Shown piece after piece: positions 1 through 8,523 of a DNA stretch of 43,855 nucleotides. The translations under genes were made by a program, and so were the position numbers. Position 1 is the first letter of the stretch. Every line of letters begins with the position of its first letter. The notes under the pieces are model-generated. The model was not told where the DNA came from. It made no database searches and saw only the letters and a list, made by a program, of their open reading frames with translations. The stretch is from positions 1 through 43,855 of the forward strand of contig JANMQV010000199.1 of assembly GCA_031370645.1 (NCBI GenBank). The letters run 5' to 3'. The stretch is from Candidatus Eiseniibacteriota bacterium. Its GTDB lineage: Bacteria > Eisenbacteria > RBG-16-71-46 > SZUA-252.

Positions 1-609
1 GGCGCGGCGATGGAGTGTCGTCTCGCCTCGGGACAAGAGCACCGCTCCGGAGAAGGCCTCCGTCGCGGCAGCGGAGTCGACCATGGCGGCGAGCGACTTC
101 CCGAGTTCGGCGTCGGTCAGGGGCGGGCCCGAAGGTGCTTCCTCCTCGCGCTTCTGGCGGATGCCGGGCCCAGCCGGTTCACCCGCGGCGTCCTCCGTCT
201 CGGCTTCCTGCACCATGAGACCGAAGAGTCCGTGCGGCACCTCGGGATTGCAATTGAATTGAATCGAGAGCAGCGGTCCGAATTCCGCGCGCGCCAGAAC
301 CGTCACAGACGAGGGATCGCTCTCGATGATGCGTAGCGGCGTGAGGGAGCCGTGCTCGTCGTGCATCGAGCGGTAGATCTCGAGCCGCGCGTCCATCGGA
401 CGCCGCGCTAGCGCCGCGGCGGCGACGTGTTCCTTCACGAAGTGACGCATCGCCCCTTCGCCCACGCCATACGCCTGAAACCACGCTTCGGCATGCCGTC
501 CCGGTTCTCCCGCGGGGTAGTGGGGCGCCGTGTCGGCAGCCTGCACGGCCCAGCCCGAGAACACGACCCCGACGATCCAAAGTTGGGCGAGAACGACCCA
601 CGTCTTCAT
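1..609 (-). CDS. Secreted serine hydrolase (beta-lactamase class C/PBP-like family), N-terminal part; runs off the window edge
   Basis: Absent from the ORF track because it has no stop in the window. Manual translation from ATG 609 (GGAGGG upstream): signal peptide MKTWVVLAQLWIVGVVFSGWAVQA, open to base 1, ending in ...LAAMVDSAAATEAFSGAVLLSRGETTLHRRA, the typical start of the Beta-lactamase domain. The catalytic SxxK lies outside the window. Confidence 0.7.
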   Translation of the reverse strand, partial: MKTWVVLAQLWIVGVVFSGWAVQAADTAPHYPAGEPGRHAEAWFQAYGVGEGAMRHFVKEHVAAAALARRPMDARLEIYRSMHDEHGSLTPLRIIESDPSSVTVLARAEFGPLLSIQFNCNPEVPHGLFGLMVQEAETEDAAGEPAGPGIRQKREEEAPSGPPLTDAELGKSLAAMVDSAAATEAFSGAVLLSRGETTLHRRA

Positions 610-667
610 GACCCTGACCCTCCGCGGCGAATGAGGCGCGCTCGGCGCCGATGATTCATCACGCCAA

Positions 668-700
668 GTTGTACCGCGGCAGTGTGAAGAAGTGGTGAAG
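668..700 (-). promoter_or_regulatory. Putative OmpR-family direct-repeat box plus -10 element for the serine hydrolase
   Basis: Minus strand CTTCAC-N5-CTTCAC (700-684, 11-bp period), then 10 nt, then TACAAC (673-668). The same layout occurs at 2925-2957. Confidence 0.6.
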
Positions 701-708
701 GGGGAGCG

Positions 709-2121
709 CTATGCGGAGACGGCGGGGATGGTGAAGGACAACGCGGTGCCCCTTCCCGGCACGCTCTCGACCGAAACGGCGCCGCCGTGCGCCTCCACCA
801 AATGTTTCACGATGGCGAGCCCGAGCCCGGCACCGCCGGTGGCGCGCGCACGCGAGGCGTCGGCGCGATAGAAGCGATCGAAGACATGAGGGAGGTGCTC
901 CGGCGAGATTCCTTCTCCGGTGTCGCGCACCTCGAACCGAACCGACGCTCCTTCGACGCGCGCGGAAATCGTGACCGTGCCCCCGTCGGGCGTGTGCGTC
1001 ACGGCGTTCCCGACGAGATTTCGAAGCACCTGGGATAGCCGAGCGGAGTCGGCGAGGACGAGCGGGGGATCGGACGATTCGACGCGGATCGTCACGCGCC
1101 GCGCCTCCGCTTGAACTCGAAACGCCGCGGCCACGCCTTCCATCGCCTCCCGCGGGGAGCGGGGAGCGCGATCGAGTCGAAGCCGGCCCGCTTCCGCGAG
1201 GGTGAGATCTTGAAGATCTTCCACCAGCCGCGCCAGGAGGAGCGTCTCCTCGTGGAGCGAGCGGAGCGACGCCGCGTCGGCCGGAACGATCCCATCCTCG
1301 ATCGCCTCGAGTTGCGCTTGCAGATTGGTAAGTGGCGTGCGGAGCTCGTGGGCCACGTCGCTCACCAATTGACGGCGTAGCGTCTCGTTTCGGGCGAGCG
1401 ATTCGGCCATGGAATTGAACGCGTGGCTCAGGTCGCCGATCTCGTCGCGCGAGCCGACCGCGACGCGAGCCCCCCAGTCGCCGCCCTCCATCCGCCGCGC
1501 GGCGCTGGTCAGCGCTTCGACCGGGCCGACGATACGCCGCGACAGTAGCCACATGACGATGAGGGCGAGAAGCCCTGCCGCGGCGACGGCGCCGATCATC
1601 CAGCGATTCACGCTCCGCACGAACGGCGCGGCCGGCCCGTCTTCAGGTTCGAGGAGCGGCACCGCGTAGAGCATGGCGTGCGGCGCCCCCGGCTCGCCGC
1701 CGATCGGAGCGTGCGGCGCGCCGAGGACGAGGGCGCGGTGGAACGAGCGCGCTTGTCCGACGATTCGCTCGTGCACGATTTCGATCCGGTCTCCCGGGAG
1801 CACCTGGATTCGCGCGCCCCGCATCTGCGGGGAGGAGAAGGCGAGTGTGCGCCCGGTGGAATCGACGAGCACGAGCGCGCGATGGCCGGGGCGATCGAAG
1901 CGGCGAAGCAGGGCGCCCGCTTCCTCGGGCGAGCCGCCGGCGCGCACCCACGTCCGGAGCGCCTCCGCGGCGTCCTCGAGCGCTACCGCGCGCGTCGTCA
2001 GCTCGAAGCGCCCGAACTCGGTCTGCACCGCTTGGCGGGAGACGAGCACGACCGTGACCACGGCGACGGCGGAGACGAGCGCGACCACGGCCAGGAGGCG
2101 GAACCGAAGACTTCGAATCAT
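709..2121 (-). CDS. Sensor histidine kinase (2 TM, HAMP, HisKA, HATPase; BaeS-like)
   Basis: H-box DVAHELRTPL, N-box QVLRNLVGNAVTHT, G1 DTGEGI, F-box VFDRFYRAD, G2 GAGLGLAIV; HAMP region before the H-box. Confidence 0.95.
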   Translation of the reverse strand: MIRSLRFRLLAVVALVSAVAVVTVVLVSRQAVQTEFGRFELTTRAVALEDAAEALRTWVRAGGSPEEAGALLRRFDRPGHRALVLVDSTGRTLAFSSPQMRGARIQVLPGDRIEIVHERIVGQARSFHRALVLGAPHAPIGGEPGAPHAMLYAVPLLEPEDGPAAPFVRSVNRWMIGAVAAAGLLALIVMWLLSRRIVGPVEALTSAARRMEGGDWGARVAVGSRDEIGDLSHAFNSMAESLARNETLRRQLVSDVAHELRTPLTNLQAQLEAIEDGIVPADAASLRSLHEETLLLARLVEDLQDLTLAEAGRLRLDRAPRSPREAMEGVAAAFRVQAEARRVTIRVESSDPPLVLADSARLSQVLRNLVGNAVTHTPDGGTVTISARVEGASVRFEVRDTGEGISPEHLPHVFDRFYRADASRARATGGAGLGLAIVKHLVEAHGGAVSVESVPGRGTALSFTIPAVSA

Positions 2122-2918
2122 CGCTTCGACCGCGCGCCGCCGTGGGGAGAGCCGCCGGAGGCCGGCTCCGAGAGGCGATAGCCGACGCCGAAGACCGTGA
2201 CGATCCGCGAAGGCGCGGCGGGGTCACGCTCGATCTTCGCGCGCAGGTTCTTCACATGGGCGTCGATCGTCCGCCCCGTCGCCTCGAAATCGGGCCCGAA
2301 CGCGGCCGCCGCCAAGTCGTCGCGCGTGAAGACGCGGCCCGGCTGGCGAAGGAGCGCCGCCAGGAGGTCGAACTCGCGCGGCGTCAGTTCCACGGCGTGG
2401 CCCGACGCGAGTACGGCTCGTCGCCGTAGATCGATCTCGAGATCGCCGGAGACGAGTCGTTCCTCCTCGCCCGGATCGGCCGCGCTGCTCCGTCGCGAAC
2501 GCTCCGACCCCGCACCGCGATCTCCCGCCGCTTTCTCCGAGGGGCGCCGGCGGAGAACCGCCCGGACGCGCGCCACCAGTTCGCGTGGGCTGAACGGCTT
2601 CGTCACGTAGTCGTCGGCGCCGAGGTCGAGGCCCTCCAGGCGATCCTCTTCGGTGCTTCGCGCGGTGAGGAGGATGATCGCGGCGTCGGTCGTGAGGCGA
2701 AGTTCGCGGCAGACGTGAAGCCCGTCCAATTTGGGGAGCATCACGTCGAGCACGACAAGATCGGGACGCGGATCGCTCTTGGCCAGGCGGAGCGCCTCCC
2801 GCCCGTCGCCCGCCGCGGAGACCGCGTAGCCCGCGTGTTCGAGGTAGAGCCGGACCAATCCGGAGGTCTTGGGATCGTCCTCGACGATCAGGACCCGGGT
2901 CTTGTGGGCTGTGGCCAT
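2118..2918 (-). CDS. OmpR/PhoB-family response regulator
   Basis: Receiver motifs VLIVEDD, DLVVLDVMLP, GADDYVTKPFSPREL and winged-helix LTPREFDLL...RTIDAHVKNLRAKI...VFGVGY. Start re-called to ATG 2918; 4-bp overlap with the kinase. Confidence 0.93.
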   Translation of the reverse strand: MATAHKTRVLIVEDDPKTSGLVRLYLEHAGYAVSAAGDGREALRLAKSDPRPDLVVLDVMLPKLDGLHVCRELRLTTDAAIILLTARSTEEDRLEGLDLGADDYVTKPFSPRELVARVRAVLRRRPSEKAAGDRGAGSERSRRSSAADPGEEERLVSGDLEIDLRRRAVLASGHAVELTPREFDLLAALLRQPGRVFTRDDLAAAAFGPDFEATGRTIDAHVKNLRAKIERDPAAPSRIVTVFGVGYRLSEPASGGSPHGGARSKR

Positions 2919-2924
2919 CGAGAG

Positions 2925-2957
2925 AGCATCGCATGGAATCGTGAAGATTTCATGAAG
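2925..2957 (-). promoter_or_regulatory. Putative autoregulatory direct-repeat box plus -10 element for the response regulator
   Basis: Minus strand CTTCAT-N5-CTTCAC (2957-2941), 10 nt, GATGCT (2930-2925), 6 nt, ATG 2918. Confidence 0.55.
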
Positions 2958-2967
2958 GAGGTCTATC

Positions 2968-3963
2968 ATGCGCGCCATGGCTCCCGCGGGTCCGGCCCCC
3001 GTCAATCCTCAGAACTATCGACGCGGCATGCGTTCGAGCGTCATCGGGCTCGCCGTGAACCTCTGCCTCGCGTGCCTGAAATTGACGGCCGGAGTCGTGG
3101 GGACTTCCTACGCCCTCATCGCCGATGCCATCGAATCGCTCGGCGACTCCGTCGGCTCGCTCATCGTCTGGCGCGGACTCCAAATCGCCTCGCGCCCTCC
3201 CGATAGCAACCATCCCTACGGGCATGGCAAAGCCGAGCCGCTCGCGGCACTTCTCGTCTCGATCCTCCTCTGCGCCGCCGCCATCGGCATCGCGGTCGAA
3301 GCGCTCCGCGAGATCGTGATGCCACACCGCACACCGGCGCCGTTCACGTTGTTGGTGCTGCTCGGGGTGGTGCTGGTGAAAGAGATTCTCTACCGCTACG
3401 TGACGCGAGTCGGACAGGAGGTGGGAAGCGAGGTGGTCCACGCCGACGCCTGGCATCATCGGAGCGACGCCATCACCTCGGGCTTCGCCGCGGTGGGAAT
3501 CACGATCGCGCTTGTTGGCGGCCCCGGATTCGCGAGTGCCGACGCCTGGGCGGCCCTCCTCGCGAGCAGCATCATCCTCGTCACCGCGTGGCGGATGCTC
3601 CGGCCCGCGATTCAGGAATTGATGGATCACACGGCTGCCCCCGACCTGGTGGAAGCGGTCCGAATCGTGGCGGAATCGCGAGCCGGGGTTCATCGGGTGG
3701 AGAAACTGATGATGCGGAAGATGGGGCTCTACTATGTGGCCGACATGCACCTGGAAGTCCCGCCCGAGATGTCGGTTCGGGAGAGCCACAAGCTGGCGCA
3801 CGACGTGAAAGAGGACATCCAGCACTCGCTTCCGCAGGTGGTGGAGGTGCTCATTCACGTCGAACCCGCCTGGCCCGGCGGGCGGCCGCCCTACCTCGAA
3901 GCCAACCCTTCGGGAGTTCCGGCTGTCCGAACGGGCGAAACCCCCGGTCCCGGGGGTACGTAA
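2968..3963 (+). CDS. Cation diffusion facilitator family transporter (FieF-like)
   Basis: SYALIADAIESLGD, HPYGHGKAE, ADAWHHRSD, C-terminal dimerisation domain ending LIHVEP; SD GGAGG at 2957-2961. Confidence 0.93.
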   Translation: MRAMAPAGPAPVNPQNYRRGMRSSVIGLAVNLCLACLKLTAGVVGTSYALIADAIESLGDSVGSLIVWRGLQIASRPPDSNHPYGHGKAEPLAALLVSILLCAAAIGIAVEALREIVMPHRTPAPFTLLVLLGVVLVKEILYRYVTRVGQEVGSEVVHADAWHHRSDAITSGFAAVGITIALVGGPGFASADAWAALLASSIILVTAWRMLRPAIQELMDHTAAPDLVEAVRIVAESRAGVHRVEKLMMRKMGLYYVADMHLEVPPEMSVRESHKLAHDVKEDIQHSLPQVVEVLIHVEPAWPGGRPPYLEANPSGVPAVRTGETPGPGGT

Positions 3964-4049
3964 GTAAGACGGAGGCGGGCACGCGGGCCCGTCCCGAACG
4001 CGCGGGGGCGCGGAATCGCAAGGCGTGGAACGGGCTTGGCGGCGCCTTC

Positions 4050-4078
4050 TTGACCGTCGGCCGGCTCCCCTGTAGGAT
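4050..4078 (+). promoter_or_regulatory. Sigma70-type promoter for the tRNA cluster
   Basis: TTGACC (4050-4055), 17 nt, TAGGAT (4073-4078), 32 nt upstream of tRNA-Ser. Confidence 0.65.
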
Positions 4079-4110
4079 CACCCGGCTCCAGCAATGGGGC
4101 TCTGGATGGG

Positions 4111-4202
4111 GGAGAGGTGGCCGAGTGGCTGAAGGCGGCGGTTTGCTAAACCGTTGTAGGGTTAAAATCCTATCGGAGGTTCGAATCCTCTCCTCTCCGC
4201 CA
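4111..4202 (+). tRNA. tRNA-Ser(GCT)
   Basis: GGAGAGG/CCTCTCC acceptor stem, anticodon loop ttGCTaa, long variable arm, GTTCGAATC, 3' GCCA. Confidence 0.95.
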
Positions 4203-4226
4203 TTGTGACATTTCGCGCGGACGCGC

Positions 4227-4303
4227 GGGCCCATAGCTCAATTGGATAGAGTATCTGACTACGGATCAGAGGGTTGGGGGTTCAAATCCTCCTGGGCCCG
4301 CCA
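4227..4303 (+). tRNA. tRNA-Arg(ACG)
   Basis: GGGCCCA/TGGGCCC acceptor stem, anticodon loop ctACGga, GTTCAAATC, 3' GCCA. Confidence 0.95.
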
Positions 4304-4364
4304 CTTCGTCCCCCTGTCGCGCGATTCAGCCGAACGCCGGAACATCCCCGCAGAGGTCTCGTCA

Positions 4365-5054
4365 ATGAAGATGCAATCGGCCTGTCGTAGGCTCGCCTCC
4401 ATGGCGCTTGCTCTGGCCGTGACCGGGTGGGTTTCGTTTGCTCCCGCACGCTCCCTCGCGGCCGCCGAAGCGCCGGCCGCGCCGGCGAAATCGATCCGCG
4501 TGGCGGTGCTTCCGATCGAGAACTCCTCGCCCGACCTCGGCGCGGCGAAGATCATGGGCGACATCCTTCGCGAGCAGCTGAAGCGCGTTCCGCCCACGAC
4601 GGCTACCTTCCTCTTGCCGCAGGACAGCGAGCGGATCTTGAGCAGCCGAAACGAGCTCAACCGCGCGTACCTCCTGAACGAGCGCTGGTCCAAGTTGGGG
4701 ACGCTCGACTCGACCGCCATAGGGGGCCTCGATTCGCTCCTCATGGTCGACGCGATTCTCTTCGTGAAGGTGAACGAGTGGGAGAACCACCGGGTCCCGG
4801 TGGTCGGCGCGGGAGAGTCGCACGCGATCGTCGGGCTTTCGTTCGCCTGCTACGACATTCGCTCGAAGAAGCGCATCTGGGCGAAGGCGCCGCGCGAGCA
4901 GCGCTTCGGCCAGGAGATCGATCCCTCGAGCGGCAGCGTCAGCTACGACGCCACCGGCTTCATCCAGAACAAGCGCGCGAACGACCCGCCGCGCTACGAA
5001 GACGTCGCCTCGGATCTCGTGCGAGACGCCTTCAAGAAATTCCCGACGAAGTGA
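4365..5054 (+). CDS. Exported hypothetical protein (CsgG/TolB-N/DUF799-like alpha-beta fold, tentative)
   Basis: Signal peptide (LASMALALAVTGWVSFAPARSLA) followed by IRVAVLPIEN...VDAILFVKVNEW; coding-like GC3; its stop overlaps the tadA start. Confidence 0.7.
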   Translation: MKMQSACRRLASMALALAVTGWVSFAPARSLAAAEAPAAPAKSIRVAVLPIENSSPDLGAAKIMGDILREQLKRVPPTTATFLLPQDSERILSSRNELNRAYLLNERWSKLGTLDSTAIGGLDSLLMVDAILFVKVNEWENHRVPVVGAGESHAIVGLSFACYDIRSKKRIWAKAPREQRFGQEIDPSSGSVSYDATGFIQNKRANDPPRYEDVASDLVRDAFKKFPTK

Positions 5055-5542
5055 GCCCGGTCCCCCCCGCCGCCGAGGACGAACGCTTTCTCGAGGCGGC
5101 GCTGGCCGAGGCCCAGGCCGCGGCCGACGAGGGGGAAGTCCCGGTCGGCGCCGTCGTCGTTTGGGGCGGCCGCATCATCGGACGGGGCCACAATCGCGTC
5201 GAAGCGACGCAGGATCCCACCGCGCACGCCGAAATCATCGCCATCGGCGCCGCCTGTCAGACGCTGAACAGTTGGCGCCTCGAAGAAACCACCCTCTACG
5301 TCACGCTCGAGCCCTGCCATATGTGCGCGGGGGCGATTGTCCTCGCGCGGATCCCGCGCCTCGTCTACGGCGCGCGCGATCCGAAGGCGGGCGCCTGCGG
5401 TTCGCTTGCGCTCGTGCCACAAGACCTGCGTCTAAACCACCGCGCCGAGATTGTCCCCGGAGTTTTGGCGGCGGAATGTGGCGCGATTCTCGAGGCCTTC
5501 TTCCTAGCCAAGCGCCGCGACAGGAACCGCCTGGAAAAGTGA
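5051..5542 (+). CDS. tadA: tRNA adenosine(34) deaminase
   Basis: EVPVGAVVV, DPTAHAEI, TLEPCHMCAGA (HAE/PCxxC zinc motif), RLVYGARDPKAGA, LNH; GTG start at 5051. Confidence 0.95.
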   Translation: MSPVPPAAEDERFLEAALAEAQAAADEGEVPVGAVVVWGGRIIGRGHNRVEATQDPTAHAEIIAIGAACQTLNSWRLEETTLYVTLEPCHMCAGAIVLARIPRLVYGARDPKAGACGSLALVPQDLRLNHRAEIVPGVLAAECGAILEAFFLAKRRDRNRLEK

Positions 5543-5567
5543 GCCGTGATCGCGTATTCTCCTCCGC

Positions 5568-5657
<90 letters not shown>

Positions 5658-5703
5658 TTATGATGTTGGCGCGCGAGGGATTGCGCGTGCACCTAGGCTT
5701 CCC

Positions 5704-5793
5704 GGAGAGGTGTCCGAGTGGCTGAAGGAGCACGGTTGGAAACCGTGTAAGCATGAAAGTGCTTCGAGGGTTCGAATCCCTCTCTCTCCGCCA
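5704..5793 (+). tRNA. tRNA-Ser(GGA)
   Basis: GGAGAGG/TCTCTCC stem, anticodon loop ttGGAaa, long variable arm, GCCA end. Confidence 0.95.
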
Positions 5794-5823
5794 GTTAGGG
5801 TAGTCGGGTAGATAGATCAAAGT

Positions 5824-5899
5824 GGGGATGTAGCTCAGTTGGGAGAGCGCCTCGTTCGCAACGAGGAGGTCAGCGGTTCGATCCCGCTCATCTCCACCA
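5824..5899 (+). tRNA. tRNA-Ala(CGC)
   Basis: GGGGATG/CATCTCC stem with G3:U70, anticodon loop ttCGCaa, ACCA end. Confidence 0.95.
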
Positions 5900-5917
5900 A
5901 GATTTCCAGGCAACATC

Positions 5918-6106
5918 GCCGAGGGTGAGCGGCCCTCGGCCCGCGGAGCCCGGGCATTGGCCTCCTCGTGGCTTGGTGTTGACGGCCAGTTCCCGCGCGA
6001 TTGAGAGTCACCAACCCCGCCAGGACCGGAAGGTAGCAGCGGCCCGTGATCGCCTCGATGTGCCGCGGATCAGACTGACCCGAGCCGGTTGCGGGGGGGC
6101 CGTACC
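5918..6106 (+). ncRNA. ffs: Signal recognition particle RNA (extended form; ends approximate)
   Basis: Helix-8 core GCCAGGACCGGAAGGTAGCAGCGGC at 6019-6043; long closing helix (5959-5969 with 6091-6101, 5970-5976 with 6080-6086); position tadA-ffs-dnaX matches the known Bacillus order. Confidence 0.85.
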
Positions 6107-6162
6107 GTTTCAACGACGGGTCACGCGGCCCGCCGTGCGCCTCGCCCCCTGAGGATCGACCC

Positions 6163-8073
6163 GTGTCGCACTTGGCTCTTGCCCGGAAGTACCGCCCGCA
6201 GATCTTCGCCGACTTGGTCGGCCAAGACCCCGTCCGCCTGACGCTCGAGCGCGCCGTCGCCACGAATCGCGTGGCGCACGCATACCTCTTTGCCGGACCG
6301 CGCGGCAGCGGCAAGACGACCACCGCGCGCCTCCTCGCGAAAGCGCTCAACTGCGAAACGCGAAAACCCGATGAAGCGGAGCCCTGCAACACGTGCCGCA
6401 CCTGCGCCGAGATCACCGGCGGCTCCTCCCTCGACGTGCTCGAGATCGACGGCGCCTCCAATCGCGGTATCGAGGAGATCCGGAACCTTCGCGAAAACGT
6501 GAAATACGCTCCCTCGGGCGGCAAGTCGAAGGTCTACATCATTGACGAGGCGCACCAGCTGACCGATTTCGCCTGGAACGCCTTGCTGAAAACGCTCGAA
6601 GAGCCGCCTCCCCACGTCCGCTTCGTTTTCGCCACCACCGAAGCGCTCGAAGTTCCCGAGACGATCGCCTCCCGCTGCCAGGTCTTCGAGTTCCGCCGCC
6701 TGCGGAGCGAGGAGCTGGTGAAGCACTTGATGAACGTGGCGAAGGCCGAGTCGGTGACGTTGGACGAGGATGCGGCGGCGTTGATCGCGCGCGCCGCGGA
6801 GGGGAGCGTGCGCGACGCGCTCTCGCGACTCGACCAGGCGCTCGCGGTCTCCGAGGGCGGCGTCACCGCCGCATCGGTGGCGCAGGCGCTCGGTCTGGCG
6901 GGGCTCGAGGCCTATTTCGATCTCGGAGACGCGCTCGCGGCGCGCGGACCGAAGGAAGCGCTCCTCACGTTCGACCGGCTCTACGACCGCGGCATGGACG
7001 TGGAAGAGGTGGCCGACGGCCTCACGCACCACTTGCGCCAGCTCATGCTCCTCGCCGTCGATCGGACGCTCGAGAGCATGATCGACGCGGCCCCCGCCGA
7101 CCGTGAGCGTTACGCCGCTCAGGCGGCGCGATTCCAGGCGACCGACCTCTCCGCGATGCTCGCGATGCTGATCGAGTGCCGCGGACAGTTGCGCCGCGCC
7201 GAAACGCCTCGGGCGTTGTTCGAAGTTTGCCTCGTCGATCTCTGCACGCTCCCGACGGCCGGCGCGATCGATACGTTGCTCCGGCGCCTCGAGTCGATCG
7301 AGTCGAGATTGGGCGGGGGATCGGGATCGGGCAGATCGGGCAGTTCGGGCGGAGGCGGCCCGCGCGCCGCGACCTCCGACCCGCCGCGCTTGGAGGATCC
7401 ATCACCCTACGAAGTGCCGCGGGCAGAACGCCGCGCCGCGCCACCGGCGGCCGCGGCGCCGGTCGTAGCACCGCCCGCGGTCGGGCAAGCAGCGCTTCCA
7501 CGCACCACGCCGAAGCCGGCGCTCGGCATCGTCACGTCGGGCGAGGGTCTCGCTTCGGAGGACTCGAGTGGCGCCGGTCCCGCCGGAACCACGCCGGGAG
7601 GCGACTCCGACCGCTGGCGCTTCGTCGTGGAACGGGTAAAGGAGCGGAAACTCCTCCTCGGCACCTGCCTCGAAGAAGGATTCTTCCTCGGGATCTCGGG
7701 ATCGCAGTTCAACGTCGCGCTCTCCCCGGAGCACTCGTTCCACAAGGCGATGCTCGAAATGAAAGAGAACCGCGAGCTGATCCAGCAGGAATTGGAGCGG
7801 GGATTCGGCAGGAAACTCGCGTTCCAGTGCGTCGTCCGCGACTCGGGCCCCGAACAGTCCGAGCAGCGGTCGCGCATCGACCGCGACGTCCGCGAGGCGC
7901 TCGTCTCCGGCCACGCGCCGGAGGCTGCCGACGCGGCGGTCGGAGCGGGCGATTCCCTGGTGCGTCGGATCGTCGATCTCTTCGATGGTGAGGTCGTGGA
8001 AGCGCCGGAAGCCCGCGCGGCGGCCGGTCCGGCCGGCGCCGGCGACGCGGCGACGCGGGAGGGGAAGTCGTGA
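6163..8073 (+). CDS. dnaX: DNA polymerase III subunit gamma/tau
   Basis: LARKYRPQ, Walker A GPRGSGKTT, zinc cysteines, EIDGASNRG, IIDEAHQL, NALLKTLEEPP, SRCQ. Confidence 0.97.
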   Translation: MSHLALARKYRPQIFADLVGQDPVRLTLERAVATNRVAHAYLFAGPRGSGKTTTARLLAKALNCETRKPDEAEPCNTCRTCAEITGGSSLDVLEIDGASNRGIEEIRNLRENVKYAPSGGKSKVYIIDEAHQLTDFAWNALLKTLEEPPPHVRFVFATTEALEVPETIASRCQVFEFRRLRSEELVKHLMNVAKAESVTLDEDAAALIARAAEGSVRDALSRLDQALAVSEGGVTAASVAQALGLAGLEAYFDLGDALAARGPKEALLTFDRLYDRGMDVEEVADGLTHHLRQLMLLAVDRTLESMIDAAPADRERYAAQAARFQATDLSAMLAMLIECRGQLRRAETPRALFEVCLVDLCTLPTAGAIDTLLRRLESIESRLGGGSGSGRSGSSGGGGPRAATSDPPRLEDPSPYEVPRAERRAAPPAAAAPVVAPPAVGQAALPRTTPKPALGIVTSGEGLASEDSSGAGPAGTTPGGDSDRWRFVVERVKERKLLLGTCLEEGFFLGISGSQFNVALSPEHSFHKAMLEMKENRELIQQELERGFGRKLAFQCVVRDSGPEQSEQRSRIDRDVREALVSGHAPEAADAAVGAGDSLVRRIVDLFDGEVVEAPEARAAAGPAGAGDAATREGKS

Positions 8074-8381
8074 ACATCCAGCAGATGATGAAACAGGCGC
8101 AAGCCCTGCAGACGAAGATCGCGGCGCTTCAGGAAGAACTGCGCGGCCGGGAGCAGGTCGGTATGTCGGGCGGCGGCAAGGTGAAGGTCACGATGAACGG
8201 CGCGAACGAGATCACCGCCATTTCGATCGATCCCGAAGTCGTGCGCCCCGAGGAGCCCGATCTCCTCGAGGATCTCGTGCTGACCGCTTGCCGCGACGCG
8301 CGCGGGAAGGTCGCGACGATGGTCGAGACCGAAATGAAACGCGTGACCGGCGGCATGGGCCTCCCCCCGGGTCTCTTCTAA
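8070..8381 (+). CDS. ybaB: YbaB/EbfC nucleoid-associated protein
   Basis: MNIQQMMKQAQ...SGGGKVKVTMNG...LEDLV...GLPPGLF; overlaps the dnaX stop. Confidence 0.95.
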   Translation: MNIQQMMKQAQALQTKIAALQEELRGREQVGMSGGGKVKVTMNGANEITAISIDPEVVRPEEPDLLEDLVLTACRDARGKVATMVETEMKRVTGGMGLPPGLF

Positions 8382-8438
8382 CTGGCGGGACCAAGCATCG
8401 TCTAGGTCGGAGTAACGTGGAACTTGCGGCTCGGAGCC

Positions 8439-8447
8439 TGGTATAGT
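8439..8447 (+). promoter_or_regulatory. Possible extended -10 promoter for the pgs operon
   Basis: TGgTATAGT (TGn plus near-consensus -10) in the ybaB-to-propeller intergenic gap. Confidence 0.45.
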
Positions 8448-8523
8448 CATGAGTCTCCGGCCGGGCTCGTGGGTCCGGAATGTCAGCGTGGCGCCGCAAC
8501 CTACCCGGAGCCTGGCCTCCCCG

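Noticed and set aside
6163-8073. Programmed frameshift or slippage site in dnaX
   Set aside because: No A-AAA-AAG heptamer or long A/T run was seen; the Gly/Pro/Ala-rich linker is ordinary for tau.
8449-8523. ORF-track start at ATG 8449 for the propeller protein
   Set aside because: It lies 1 nt after the putative -10 and puts the hydrophobic signal segment far from the N-terminus; ATG 8524 fits better, though unproven.
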